A stretch of DNA of 64,000 nt from Chrysomallon squamiferum (GCA_012295275.1 CM022667.1:15004001-15068000); one strand, 5' to 3'; numbered from the stretch's first letter, positions 34,501 to 48,572 are shown. Notes: generated from the sequence alone by a model not told the origin. Program-made: numbers and translations.

Positions 34501-37500
34501 GTGCATGTATGTATATATGTACATGTATGTATGTATGTATGTATGTATGTATGTACATATATATACATATATATCTATTTATATATGACCCTATTTCTTC
34601 ACCGTCTGATTTCTGACATTAATGAAATCTACAGGTAATTTCCAATTAAAATTTATTTTAATTATTTAAATATTCAATTTTGGAAGGATTTTGAACTTTT
34701 TTTTAGATGAAACTGTACAGAAAACAAACTGAGTGTAAAACAGCAATGATTTCGTTGTTTATTAAGCATTTTGACCATGTTGAATACATGAAACTTAATC
34801 AGGAAATCGTTTGTTTATAATAACAAGTGAAGTACTGCTACAAATACTGAATCAATAGCAATAATATTAGTGTAAATATATATTTCATCAGAATAATATT
34901 AGTGTAAATATCGATTTAATCAGGATACAAGTGTTTTTTATCTTCAACATCTGTTTGTAGATAAAACACATTAACAGTGGTAACTGTTTAGATGCTTCTT
35001 TACTTATTTATTAGTTTTAGTTTCTTTACCGACAGTCATTAAAATTCTACAGCATTTATACTACAACACGGATACATATAAAATATTAGAGCATATAATT
35101 TATTCCTTGTTATTATTACAAGAACGACTCTCCAAGAATTAAAACATTGTAATATTAATAACGGTTAATTATATTTCTAATTTAGTATTCCAAATATTAA
35201 AATTAGCGTTAAGGTGTTAAATTATAATTTTTTAAATATTATTTTGGAACATTTAATTAAATAAACTTATAGCAATCAAGGAATACCCATTTGGTACACA
35301 TCCATTTGTCACACACCTTATAACAAAACTGGTCATAGGCGAATGAACAGTTAATCAGAAACCCTGGATCCAGTATACAATAATGGACTCATCTTCCCAG
35401 TTGTTATACAATCAGCTTAAAAGATAATTAAGCCAATGATCCCTATTACAATTTACAAGCAGTCAAAACATAAAACAACGTTTATAAAAGGCAATTTAAA
35501 ACAGTTTAATTACAGGAGATATTGGAACGTTAGTTAATTTCCCGGATCGCTAATCCCAACAAAAACAACAGCTGAAGACAACCCCACTATCACGTGCCTT
35601 GAACAACCAATAAGACCAAGTATTTTGTTAATCTGATTTCCTGTTTCTGAATCTGAAAAAATAAATAAATAAAATAAATAAATAAATAAAACATTTTGTG
35701 ACAATCGTAGAGAAAACTTGTGGTAGTTTGTCATAACACAATCTCATTGAAAGCGAGTTAGCAACACTGAAACGTCATAGTTTATATAGGTATGTTACAA
35801 AACAATTCAGCTCTAAGATACCAGAAAATGTCCTGTTCCATTGGATAGAGCCTTAAGAAAGAAACAAAATGAGACCAAAGTTTTTGAAATATCTGGGAAA
35901 TTGACGGAACTATGGCACTTTCAGACACTTGAACAGGTACCATATTTTTCCTATTGTTTTATTGTCAATTGGCCACACACAAAAAAGAAACAACAAAAAA
36001 ACAATAGAAAAAATAAAAATAAAAACAATTCTAAATTTACTTCTCTGTACTACAACTCATATTTAATAACAATTCAAAAAAAAAAAAAAAAAAGATATAA
36101 TAACAAAATAAATAAATAAATAAATAATTTGGAAGATAATAATAATAATGAAATAATAATAATAATAAACGACGTTACCAAATAAATAAATAAAAAAATT
36201 AAAATAATATATAAGATAAAAAAAATAATGTTTATACAAAACAATCATTCCATGTCATGTAAAGTAAAAATAATTGTTAATTATTGCATTAGGTAATTCA
36301 ATAAAATTAAAAATAATTTTTAATAATATTAGTCATAAAAAAAGTAATTTGATGCAAGTTATTTACAAATAAAATAAAGCTAGTATTAAAGTTTTATCAC
36401 ACAAATTAAAGAAGTTTAACTTCACACTCAGAGTTCAATATCAAACTGATAAATGTAAGCATTACTAACTAAACATATTTCTAATTTAAACTTATCTTTT
36501 GCTTGATTAATTATTCACAATTTGTTAATTTAAACATTATTAACGTAAAATATTCATAATTTAAACTTAAATAAGGCTATGAAAATATTAACTCTGTGCA
36601 TTACTGTTTTCTATTAATTACATAAATGTATTATAAATGTATCGAAAATAAAAACTTACGTTTTCTTTATTAATTTTGTTACTCATTATTTTCTAATGAT
36701 AATTCAGTCAAATCTGAACATTATGTGAAAGTATCTCCTAATCAATAAGAGTAAAAAAAAGTACAGATATTTTCTTTTGTAATGCAAAAAAATTAAGGTA
36801 ACACTGAAAAATAGACTATAATGCAATATATATATATATATGCATAGTAAAACATTTAGTTCCACAGAAGTAAAAAAGAGAAAAAAAGTACAGATTTACT
36901 TTTTTTTAAAAAATAATTTTTAATACAAATATATTTATTAAAAATATGAGAAAACAAACATTTGATAAAATAAAACTATATAAAAATCTTATATTAAACA
37001 CTATAATACCAGTTTAATTACTATAAAAAAGTAAAAATATTTAATAATATAGAACTATTTAATCAAATAACAATATATATATACACTTCACATTTAAAAT
37101 GAAAATACAGTTTTGCTTAGACTAATGACAGCAAAACATTCAGTTGGTTTGACTCAACTATTCTGAAAATTAAAAAAAAAAAAAAAAAATCATTTAATTT
37201 TAATTTTAATATAAAAGTTTCCTTTAATATGAACATTGTAAAACATTTAGTAATACAGAACTATTTTCTAAAATAAATAAATATATATATATTAATTTTG
37301 CAATTAACATTAAAACACAGTCTAATAGCAACACAAGTAATAATCAAGTCATCATGAATAATATAACAAATCTGATTTGTAAAACAGCATGACTTATCAT
37401 TGATTGAATAACCTGATCAAAATTAACATTAGTATTAACATCATTGTATTATTATTGGGAACCCTAACATATCTTAATATCTTTTTAAATTGAATTGAGC

Positions 37501-38429
37501 AATACATCCCCAAAATTCTTTCAGTGAAAAGTAAAAATCCAATGAAAATATCATAAAGATAAACAGCATTGTAATATTTCTTGTTATGCACAAATACAAT
37601 ACACTACAAAATATCTGAACAGAAACAAAAGACTATATGACAGTATTTGTACAGACAAAAAAATTATACAATATAGCAATACAATATTTGTATGGATACA
37701 ACAAACTATACAATATAGTATAGGAACAAAAACTACAACACACATTTATACAATATTTGAATAGACACAATAAACTATAGAATACAGAAATACAATATTT
37801 GATTGGATAAAATAGACTAAACAATATGGTAATACAGTATTTGTATAGATACAAAAACTACACACCACATTAATACAGTATTTGAATAGAAACAATAGAC
37901 TATACGGTATGCTAATACAATATTTATATAGAAAAAAAACAACACCATATATTAATACAGTATTTAAACAGAAACAACAGACTATACAATAAGGTAATAG
38001 AATACTAATACAGAAACAAAAACTATACCACACATTAATACAATATTTGAATACATAAATAGACTGTACAATATTTGAATAGAAAAAAATATATATATAT
38101 ATATATAATATATATATATATATAATGATCAATAATTACACTTTTGAACTGAAAAGTTATAAAATGTACATATTATTTAACACACAATTAAATACGCTAA
38201 TACAACATTACATTGTAAATATGTACAAAATAAAGTTTAAAATCAGAAGTCGATGTGTTTCAGAATGAAGTAGGAACTTAAGATCCACTTTGTACGACAG
38301 AAATTAGAAATAAAACTTATATTCTCAACAATTTTTCTGCTTTTATTAACATCAATTTCATACAAAAGTATTATTTCTGCACAATTCTACAGTTCTCACA
38401 CAGTAATCTTCCACTTAAAAGTGACAGTC

Positions 38430-38653
38430 TTTAATTTTGTTTATTATATCAATTGTAACCAGTTTCTTAAAACGGTAGCTTACCTTAACAACTTTAAGAG
38501 TCTTTGAGTCTTCAAAAACACATTACTTTGTTCAAGTCTTTCTTGTCTTTGGAACCTAACTAATAACAGTTTCACAGCTTTTTCCTTGATTTCACTGTTT
38601 TGTTTCTCATTGTTTATCACGTCAGCCAACACAAATGCAATATTCATATTACC
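38430..38653 (-). pseudogene. Displaced fragment of the linker-domain coding sequence just after the copy B stop
   Basis: Translates GNMNIAFVLADVINNEKQNSEIKEKAVKLLLVRF…(frameshift)…VSYRFKKLVTIDIINK. Homologous to ~42010-42228 and ~17915-18110; absent at the equivalent copy A position (8846-8853). Confidence 0.8.
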
Positions 38654-38687
38654 TGAAAAGTTCAAGGGCTTTTATATCAAAATTTAC

Positions 38688-40598
38688 TTATTCATTAATA
38701 TCTTTAGCACCACACTCCAACAAATACAAAAACATTTCCTGTTCCATAAAAGGAAATCTGCAAAGCTTAGCTTTATCGAGAGGAGTTTCACCAAAGGAAT
38801 TAATCAAATTAATATCAACACCTTTCACAATCAGAGCTGTCACAATTTCTAGATTTCCACATTCAGCTGCTACATGCAAAAGAGAATTGTCATCATTGTC
38901 TGTTAAATTAGGATCAGCTCCATGTTCCAGTAAATAAAAAGCTACTTGACATTTTTCATCATACAGAGATAGAACAAGTTCATCCTCAAAATTAACAGCT
39001 GTGAAAAGAGGAGTTTCACCTCTACTGTTTCTTACATTTACATCAAAACCCTTTTCAGTCAGTGCTGTCACAATTTCTAGATTTCCTTGTTTAGCTGCTA
39101 TGTGTAAAACAGAATTGTTATCATTGTCTGTTAAATTAGAATCAGCTCCATGCTCCAGTAAATATAAAATTATTTTGTTTCTATGAGAGTGCACATTTGA
39201 AAGTTTGTAAAAATGAAATGCATAGCAGCAATTATTCAGAGCTACAAAAAGAGGAGTTTCGCCTTCATTGTTTTTAATATTTACATCAATTCCATTTTCA
39301 ATCAGAGACGTCAGAATTTCTAAATTTCCTTGATCAGCTACTAGGTGTAAAACAGAATTGTTATTGTTGTTAGGATCAGCTCCATGTTCCAGAAAATAAA
39401 GCAGTATATTGTTCTGTCCGTACTTACAAGCTGTAAATAGAGGTGTTTGACCATGACGGTTTTTAATATTTACATCAAAACCATTTTCAATCAGTGCTGT
39501 CGCAATTTCTAGATTTCCATATTTAGCTGCTAAGTGTAAAACAGAATTCATATCATTGTCTGTTAAATTAGGATCAGCTCCTTGTTCCAGTAAGTAAGAA
39601 ACTACTTTATTATTATAAGAATTCAGATTTCGATGTGTGAGAAAACGATATTCATTATAATTAAGAGCTGCGAAAAGAGGAGTTTCACCTTTATTGTTTT
39701 TACAATTTACATCAAAACCTTTTTCAGTCAGTGCTGTCACAATTTCTATGTTACCATCCTTAGCTGCAAAGTGTAAAACAGAATTATTATCATCGTTTGT
39801 TAAATTAGGGTCAGCTGCATTTTCCAGTAAATAAAGAAGTACATTGTTCTGTCCATACTTAACAGCTGTAAAAACAGGAGTTTCACCATGACTGTTTTTA
39901 ATATTTGCATTAAAATCTTTTTCAATCAGTGCTGTCACAATTTCTAGATTTCCATTTTCAGCTGCTAGGTGTAAAACAGAATTGGTATACCTGTCTGTTA
40001 AATTAGGATCAGCTCCATGTTCCAGTAAATAAAAAACTACTTGACATTTTTCATTATTCAGAGATGGATCAAGTTCACCTTCAGCATAATTAACAGCAGT
40101 AAAGAGAGGAGTTTCACCTCTATTGTTTTTATTATTTACATCAACAACTTTTTCAATCAGTGCTGACAAAATTTCTATATCTCCATGTTTTGCTGCTAAG
40201 TGTAAAACTGAATTGTTATTATTGTCTATTAAATTAGGATCAGTTCCATGTTCTAGTAAATAAAGAAGTACATTGGTTTTTCTATACTTAACAGCAGTAA
40301 AAAGAGGAGTCTCACAGTGACTGTTTTTGATATTGACATCAACACCTTTTTCGATCAGTGCTGTCACAATTTCCATATTTCCACGTTTAGATGCGACGTG
40401 TAAAACAGAATTGTTGTCATTGTCTGTTAAACTAGGATCAGCTCCATGTTCCAGTAAATAAAAAACTAGTTGACACTTTTCATCACTCAAAGATGGATCA
40501 AGTGTATCTCCATCATAATTAACAGCTGTAAAAAGAGGAGTTTCACCGCTACTGTTTTTGGCATTTACATCAACTCGATGTTCAATCAGTTCTGTCAT
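38688..40598 (-). CDS. Copy B C-terminal ankyrin repeats
   Basis: 636-aa ORF of ankyrin pairs ending LLECGAKDINE*. Confidence 0.9.
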   Translation of the reverse strand: MTELIEHRVDVNAKNSSGETPLFTAVNYDGDTLDPSLSDEKCQLVFYLLEHGADPSLTDNDNNSVLHVASKRGNMEIVTALIEKGVDVNIKNSHCETPLFTAVKYRKTNVLLYLLEHGTDPNLIDNNNNSVLHLAAKHGDIEILSALIEKVVDVNNKNNRGETPLFTAVNYAEGELDPSLNNEKCQVVFYLLEHGADPNLTDRYTNSVLHLAAENGNLEIVTALIEKDFNANIKNSHGETPVFTAVKYGQNNVLLYLLENAADPNLTNDDNNSVLHFAAKDGNIEIVTALTEKGFDVNCKNNKGETPLFAALNYNEYRFLTHRNLNSYNNKVVSYLLEQGADPNLTDNDMNSVLHLAAKYGNLEIATALIENGFDVNIKNRHGQTPLFTACKYGQNNILLYFLEHGADPNNNNNSVLHLVADQGNLEILTSLIENGIDVNIKNNEGETPLFVALNNCCYAFHFYKLSNVHSHRNKIILYLLEHGADSNLTDNDNNSVLHIAAKQGNLEIVTALTEKGFDVNVRNSRGETPLFTAVNFEDELVLSLYDEKCQVAFYLLEHGADPNLTDNDDNSLLHVAAECGNLEIVTALIVKGVDINLINSFGETPLDKAKLCRFPFMEQEMFLYLLECGAKDINE

Positions 40599-43500
40599 CG
40601 CATATTTCTTTAGATGCGACGAAAACAGAATTTCCTTTCTGTTAAACTAGGATCTAATGTTCCAAAATAAAAAACTTTGACATTTTCATTGGATCTGTCA
40701 AACTAAAAGGATTTCAGCTCTACTTTTTGGCCATCAAATGTTCAATCAAAACTACATTTCCTTTGTTCTGTTGAAAATTTAACATTGTCTGTCAAACTAG
40801 GATCAGCAAAAATAGTTCTGTTGAAATTTAACAGCTGCAAAAAGAGGTGTTTCACCTCGACTGTTTTTTATATTTACGTCAAAACCTTTTTCAATCAGTG
40901 CTTTCATCATTTCTATATCTCCCAGTTTAGTTCCTAAATCAAATTTGTCAGTGTCTGCTATATTAGGAACACCTCCATGTTCCCATAAATAAGATGCTAC
41001 TTCCCATTTTTCATCTTTCAGAGATGGATCAAGTTCATTTTCGTAATTAATAGCCACATTAAAAGGAGTTTCACCTTGGTTGTTTTTAATATTTACATCA
41101 ACACCTTTTTCAATAAGAACAGTCGCAATTTCTAGAAGTCCATATTTAGCTGCTAGGTGTAAAACAGAATTTTTATCATTGTCTGTTAATTTAGGATCAG
41201 CTCCATTTTTAAGTAAATAAGAAGCTATTTCTGGTCTGTTATTTTTTAAGGCCGAAAAAAGAGGAGTTTCTCCTTCAGTGTTAATTACATTTATTTCAAC
41301 ACCCTTTTTTATTAGCTTTTTCACTACATCTATGTCAATTTGAGATGCTATGTGCAAGGCTGAATTTTTTTGTTTATCCATAATTTCACTATCAACACCA
41401 TTTTCGAGTAACAACAAAGCTACTTCCTTTCTGTGTGTCACTGCTTTTACAGCTTCATGAAGTGGAGTTTCTCCCTCACTGTTTACTGCATTAACATTAG
41501 CATTTTTCTTTATCAGTGATTTTAACACATCTAAGTCACCCTGCAGAACTGAAATGTGGAGAGTTGAATCTGAAGGCAGCAATTTAAAACTAGATTTATC
41601 TTCATAGAGCTGTTCAAATTTTATTTTGTCATCAACAACCACTTTTAATCTAATTTTCTGATCATGCAACAGTCTTGATTTAATTTCCTCTTCAAAGATA
41701 TCAGTCAATTTCGGGTTAACAGCTACATTCACATTAGGATCAGCTCCTTTCTCCAGAAGAGACTGAACAACATCTACTCTTTTAAACATTACTGCTACTT
41801 TCAGTACTTGACTTTTCTTCCAGTTGTTCTCATCTTTATCATTATGTCTCTGCCCAATGAGAAAATTCACTGTTTCAGTAGATCCCCATACAGCTGCTGC
41901 TAAAAGTACCTTATCTCTGTTCTCATCATTTAAACAATCAGGTTTCAGCTTTACTATTTCTTTTATAACACCTGAAGTACTCTGACAAGCAGAAACGATA
42001 ACAATGTCTTTATTTGTGTTTATTACATCAGTGGTAACCAGTTTCTTAAAAAGTTGGCTCACATCAACTACTTGAAAAGACTCTGAGTCATCAAAAACCA
42101 TGTTACTAAGTCTTACTTGTCTGTGGAACCTAACCAATAAGAGTTTCACAGCTTTTTCCTTGATTTCACTGTTTTGTTTCTCATTGTTTATCATGTCAGC
42201 CAACAGACAGGCAATATTCATGTTTCCCGAACAAATTGAAATATGTAACAAGTGAGAATACAGAGTCAATTTCTTCTCTTCTGTATACTTTAATAATTCT
42301 TTGAGTATGGTAGCACTGTCTGTTTTTGAACAAGCAGCTGTACTGAATGTATCAAATGTTGGTATAACTCCTGATTTTAGCAACATTCTCACAATATCTT
42401 CATCACCAAACAAACAAGAAATATCCAAAAGTTCTTTTTTCAGAGATGTTAATTCCATTTTACACAGATTTGATGTAAAAAATCTTGACAATGTTCTTAG
42501 TCCATTTAAAACACATTCACTTGGAACAGATGATGAAAATTTTATGTTTTCTTCAACCTTCACACACCACATACAACTAGAATGAAACTTTGAATCATTG
42601 TCAAGAAGACATGAAATATTTCTAAATATTTCATTAGCACTATCTACATGTACACGTGATATATAATCATATGTTTTTTCACCAAACACTGATGAAAAGC
42701 CATTATGAAAAGCATACAGTCTCTGATGCAGTATTTCAGACAATCTACCATAAAAGTCTTTTTTCTTTATGAGATATTCTAGAAATTCTTCATCTTTCAG
42801 TGATGGATGTAAAGTAATTTGTCTGGCATTGTTTGATGCCAGCAAGTCAGTAAACCTGTGAGCAAGAATATCAAAGTAGTCAGGTTTGACAGTCATTGTA
42901 AGGTGACTTTTGTTAGACACTCCAGGCGTCACAACACATTCTAGCAACATGGAGACAGGACACATTTCTAACAACTCTGCTGCTTTTTTTGGAAACTTTG
43001 ATGAAAATATCAGAAACAAAGAGTCAAACACTGACTGATGAATAAATTTGTATTCATTGTCACAACGCTTCAAAAAGGTACCACACATGACATCAGCTGC
43101 TTCCTGTATATCTGTAAGAGTGGTGTCTTTTACATTCTGACAGACCTGCTCTAGCAGCCTTACTAATTTCATTATGTCACTGTCAGTGTCATTTTCAGAT
43201 GGGTCCAGTGAATCAATGTTGAGACTGCCTTGTTTGAACATAATCAACAGTAAAACCAGGTAATTAATCTGTAAAGTTTTGTCACTTTTCAACTTTTCCA
43301 GCTCTTTTCTGAGATATTCTACAGGTTTCTTAAAAAACTCAGCTCTTCTTTTTTGTGCATTACTTGAATTAACATAAAATACACACACCTGAGGAAATCC
43401 TAGCTCTCTATATGATCTGTAAATGACAGTCCTTTTATCATTTTCTTCCATTGCAACATCCTTTTGTTTGAGATATTCGTTTAGAATTTCTTCCTTTTCA

Positions 43501-45351
43501 CGATAATTCAGACAACAGTCATCACTCTGCAGATCAAGAATATGATTCTCATTAAACACACCAAATTCTTTTAAATAAATTTCACTTTCTGAAAATATTT
43601 GCTTTCTTAAAGTAATAATACATTTCAAAGAACCATCCTGAACAAGATTCCACATCTTTGGAAATTTCTGTTTCCATGATTCTATAAAGTCTAAAACAAG
43701 ATTAGTCTTACCAAATATATCATCAATGAGAACAACACTTTTCTTATTTCTAGAAAGAGAAATGTCATTGAATTCATAGTGATGAGTCAGCAAGTAAGAT
43801 TCTCTTTTTTCTTCATTTTCTATCTGTCTCATCATGCTCTGAGCTAGAGTTGTCTTTCCTGAACCTGGACTTCCAACTACAATCACAACACCATTCCTCT
43901 TCAAAAGTGTAATACCCTTTTCCTCTGCTCTTGTTTCAACGTAGACATTGCTGTCAACTGAGTTTAACACTGACCTGGTAGACACTGAATCACAACATTT
44001 AAAAAGAATTCATCTGTTATTAATTGTTTTGAACATATCTTACTGTTTAAATACACATGATATAAGTTATCATCAGAGGTGATGATTTAAAAAAAAATGC
44101 AATAGTTTGTTGTGATAACTTTAGTTTATCAGTATTTAAGGATGATAATAAGATGTCACAATTTAAGGTGGTGAAAAAGTGAGGAGGTCTTTATCTTGTT
44201 ATTTATGAACATCTCTGAAAACTGTACAAATAATAATAATAAAAATAAATATATATATATACATACCTTTGATATTGGATGCTCGTCCATCAGTCTTTGC
44301 TGAAATTATGTAAAAATAGAAAAAGTGTACATTATTGAAGTTGAGTACAAGAGAATGATTAAAGTGATTCGTACAACTACTCTAACTTATTCATGCAAGA
44401 CTAAACATATAACATTATTATTATTATATTTTAATTATTGATTTATATATTTACTCTTACTATTATCAAAACCGCTTCTGTTTTTTCTTACCACTAATGT
44501 TATTCATTTATTGTTATGTTGGTATTATTATTGTTGTTGTTGTTGTTGTTACATGTACCTTACATTATAATTCAGTATTTACAGGTGATATTATTGACAG
44601 GTGATATATTTGTATTTGTGTGGTGATGTGAAGATTCTGTGTATGAGCTAAGTTTATATACATGTACCTATGTGCTGTTTCTATGTGTGTATCTGCATGT
44701 TTCTATGTTCTTCAGGTCACAGTGTCTGACAGAAAAGTACTAATGACTACTGTCATGTGTATTCTGTTATATATTAAAGATGTAGAGAAAAGAAAACTTT
44801 CAGTTTTTAACTTACTAATTTCAACAACTTGATCTCCAAACACAACATTCCTGCTATTAGACACAGTGCGGTAATTCTGAACTCTGCTGACATTTACATT
44901 ATGTTCTACCACTGATTGAGTTCTTCCAGTATCTTTGTCAACAGAAGAAAATAAATTATCTAAATTCACAGTTTATAAATATAATTTCTAAAAACATTTG
45001 TATCTACATGAAGAGATATGACAGTGTAGACTATTAATGCAATCTGTCTCAATAGTATTACTGAAAATAACCATAAATACATTTTAAAAAATATGTTTAA
45101 TATTGTTATATAATTATGTATAAAATAATAAAAAAATAAAATAAGTACAAGTGTGTATTTTCTTACAAAAAGCAGACAAAAATCTTTGAATAGTTAATTT
45201 ATTGTGAATATCAAAAAGAAAAAAAGAAAAAAGGGAAACATGAATTGAAATACTTCTTTATTAAAGATATAAATAATTCTGTCATACTCTCTGGGGAAGA
45301 TTCATCTGTGACATTAGATGAAATTTCTGAACTGTCTTTTTTGTCATCCAT
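38688..45351 (-). CDS. Copy B: paralogous RHIM-like - STAND NTPase - ankyrin gene (~25-30 repeats), interrupted by a scrambled segment at ~40600-40815
   Basis: Exons 45351-45288, 44932-44816, 44299-44267 and 43984-38688 with the same splice sites and phases as copy A. ORFs 40803-43985 and 38688-40598 are in the same frame. Confidence 0.85.
40803..43984 (-). CDS. Copy B STAND NTPase + linker + first ankyrin repeats
   Basis: 1060-aa ORF with GSPGSGKTT, LIDDIFG and FIHQS motifs fused in frame to ankyrins. Acceptor gattcag| at 43985. Confidence 0.92.
44267..44299 (-). CDS. Copy B 33-nt microexon (KTDGRASNIK)
   Basis: atttcag|…AAAG|gtatgt; paralogue of 20183-20151. Confidence 0.75.
44816..44932 (-). 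CDS. Copy B RHIM-like exon (..HNVNVSRVQNYRTVSNSRNVVFGDQVVEI)
   Basis: 117 nt, same aag|…|gtaagt boundaries as copy A, open frame. Confidence 0.75.
45288..45351 (-). CDS. Copy B first coding exon (MDDKKDSSEISSNVTDESSPE)
   Basis: ttaacag| acceptor before 45361, GCCAATATGG start, GAGA|gtatga donor. 64 nt, differing from copy A by a frame-preserving 6 nt. Confidence 0.7.
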
Positions 45352-48300
45352 ATTGGCAGAGCTGTTAAAAAACAAAAAATGATTTTAAAAATAGAAGAAA
45401 ATAAAATTAAATGTTTTGTTTTGTATTCACTGTTATATGATGTCAGACATAAGATTAAGTAAAATTCAGAAGAAAAAAAGTAGAAAAAAAAAGAGAAGAA
45501 AAAATCCACTCCCATCACTTCATGGTCTGCTCTTTCTTATAAATTACAAGTGATATTTGATTTACACCTACCCACAGACAGTAGATACAATTTCATACAT
45601 CAAGTGTTGAGCACTGCTAAAATGAAAACAGATCAGTGCATTCTCAGCTTTTGTTCTATAAATATATTGCTGAAAGTATTTAAAATTTATAAAATAAGAA
45701 CTGTTTTAATAAATGTCCTCATTTTGTAAACAGTGATGTTAGATTGTTACACAAAAATACTCACGATGACATAATTATCACAACACCGAGAAAACTTAAT
45801 ACTGTTGTAATTAATTACTCTTACATCAGAACGGAATCAGTTAATTCATAACATTTTATAATAATTAACTGTGATAATTATCACAAAGCATTTATAGGAT
45901 GTTTTCTCCAATGCAGCATTAAATTATGGCAATAAAATAGCACAGTAGTCATACCAAGTCATAGTTTATTTAATTTTTGTGAATAGTTAGAATAGTTATT
46001 AGAATAGTTATACTAAAAGTTATATCATAGTTTTGTAATATACATAATAGTCATGAGTCCACTTTTGAATCCACTGGAGTCTATTTGTGGATAGTTTGGC
46101 ATTAGTTGTCCATTTGACAAATCCAACATTTAACTGGAGGGATAAACTGAATGTTTACTTACGACTGAACCCTTTGACTACAAGTGACTCAGTGTAACAG
46201 CTTCTTTCTTAAACTATTTTATTAACTCTGCAGCTCCATACTTTGGAATGATGTTTTTACTATTAAACAGTATTTGGTAATTATGTGACAATATTTTTAT
46301 TACAGAAAATTCCTATATCCAATGCTGGGATGCTTAACATTTTTTCAGGTGTCTATTATATTGTTATTTTCCTGGAATCTCCTTATTTTTTTTATTTTTA
46401 ATATCTACTCATTTTATTTGTATTCAATTTAATTCTTAAAGTAATTCATAATATATTTACTTATTTAGTACCATAAGAAGTTGTAAAAATTTAAATGTTT
46501 GGAATAAATCAGTATAAACATGTGCAATACTTTATATCATGGTGACAAGAATTATATCTGTTAAATAAACATTATATGCTTATTCTTCTCTATTGTGTCC
46601 ATTTGTATAAACATGCTTTGAGAATTTGAAGATTTCAACTTTCAATAATCTGCTACATTTTCCATCCCAAATCTTGATCACTTCATGATTTCATGATAAT
46701 GTACAGGCACATTTCCTTTGTGCTGTTTGAAACTGTTATCTTGTCAAACCACCAACACAGTATTAACATCTATAAATAGTACAGTATTGAACCATTATCA
46801 TATTATATACAAAGACTTTCTTTATTTACTATTTATATCTTAAAGATGATTTCTCCACACAATTTTTGCATATATTTCGAAAACGATTTATGTTTTAAAG
46901 CTATTTCATGCTGTTAAACATTATTTTAAAGTAACTACAATAACTTATAACTGTGTTTGAACATATATTCCTTCACTTAAATGTATTTTCAAAATAATAC
47001 TAATAGTCATAATTCTGTTTTTAAATAGTTTGATAACTTATCGTAAATATTCTACAGTAAATATAATTATTTATGACAGACTGAAGATGTATACACAAAC
47101 ACACAGCTCTACCCAAACAAGCTTTTCCTTTACTAGACTATGTGAAGACAAATTGAGTAAAAAGAAAAACTGTATTAATGCTTCAAAATGTTTTGGTGAA
47201 AGTTGATGTCACCTAACTGAGGTTACTTGTTTTGATACTACTTGCTGAAAATTGATTAATTATTTGAAGAAACTCAAGTTAAAATTATTCAGTGACTGAA
47301 ACCATACCAACTTATTTTCTTTTTTAAATGAATGACAAATGACATGGGCCTTTTGCTATCTTGGAGAAATAACGAAACAAAATGAACATCATCACAATTT
47401 TCAGTTAGAATCTGTTCAGTGAGTCATGTTACTTCAATTTTGAAATGTAAATAAATAAATAAATAAACAAAATAATAACAAAGAAAACATTAGGTAACTA
47501 AGGTAAAAATTCATTTTATTTAATATTAACTGTTTCTGGAATCAGAGAAAAATACGAAGTTTGCTTACTGAAGTTAGTGTAAGGTATTTTATGTAAAGGT
47601 TGAAAACTGCTAAAGAAATAATTATAATTAACAAGCTACAAAAATGAAAAATTATTTAATCAGTAAAGCCTGGACATAGTGTGAGGCTACCTTTGTCAAT
47701 TAAAGTTGTATCAGTCTTGTACATTGTACACTTACAATATAAATTCACATTTATTGCACTTGAATTTGAAATGTGAATACATGTTCATGTGTGTGTCTGC
47801 TTCTGTTTGTGTGTAAATGTTAGTAATTAAAAGAAACAGAACATTTACTTACTTACAATTCAGTTTAACCCATCTTTAGACATTAGCTGTTGTACATGAA
47901 CTCAGCTGTCTGTCACTGACCCTACAACTCTTCAGTCCTGTCAATAGAACAATACGAAACATGAATGTTTTCAGATTTTATTTATTACTAATGTATGTGT
48001 CAGTTTTCATTCAGAAAATAAAATAAAATAAATAAAATAAATGACTTGATACATTTATTTTTTGGTACTGACTGAACAATGCAGCTTTCCATGATGGATA
48101 TGTGTTTACTTTGACAAATTATGACTTTACATAATCATATATTTACAGACTCACACATACAAACTGTTCAGTTACTTCTTTAATATTTAACTGCTGGTTA
48201 AAACAGTTTTTATTTAAAGACACAACAAACTGAGGTTATTAAAAAAATTGTGTCCTATTGATTTATAGTGAAACAAAAAGAAAAAGTAAAAAAAAAACCA

Positions 48301-48532
48301 TCAAATTTATCTGATATTTAGGATTGCATATAAAAAGAAATAATTGGTTAGTGTCTTAACATATCAGCTTTATCTTGTCAGTCAGGTTGAATACTGAATG
48401 CCTCAGTGCAGGTTGGCATTCTTATCTTCGGATGATACATCAGATGTGTAAAGGCAGTAACCAGTTATTTCCCTCTGTGTGTGTGTGTGTGTGTGTACGT
48501 AAATGTATGTGAAGTTGACAGAACAATCTTAT

Positions 48533-48572
<40 letters not shown>

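Noticed and set aside
40599-40815. Small intron in copy B
   Set aside because: The sequence is degenerate ankyrin coding DNA without convincing GT/AG and pyrimidine tract, and copy A has no intron there.
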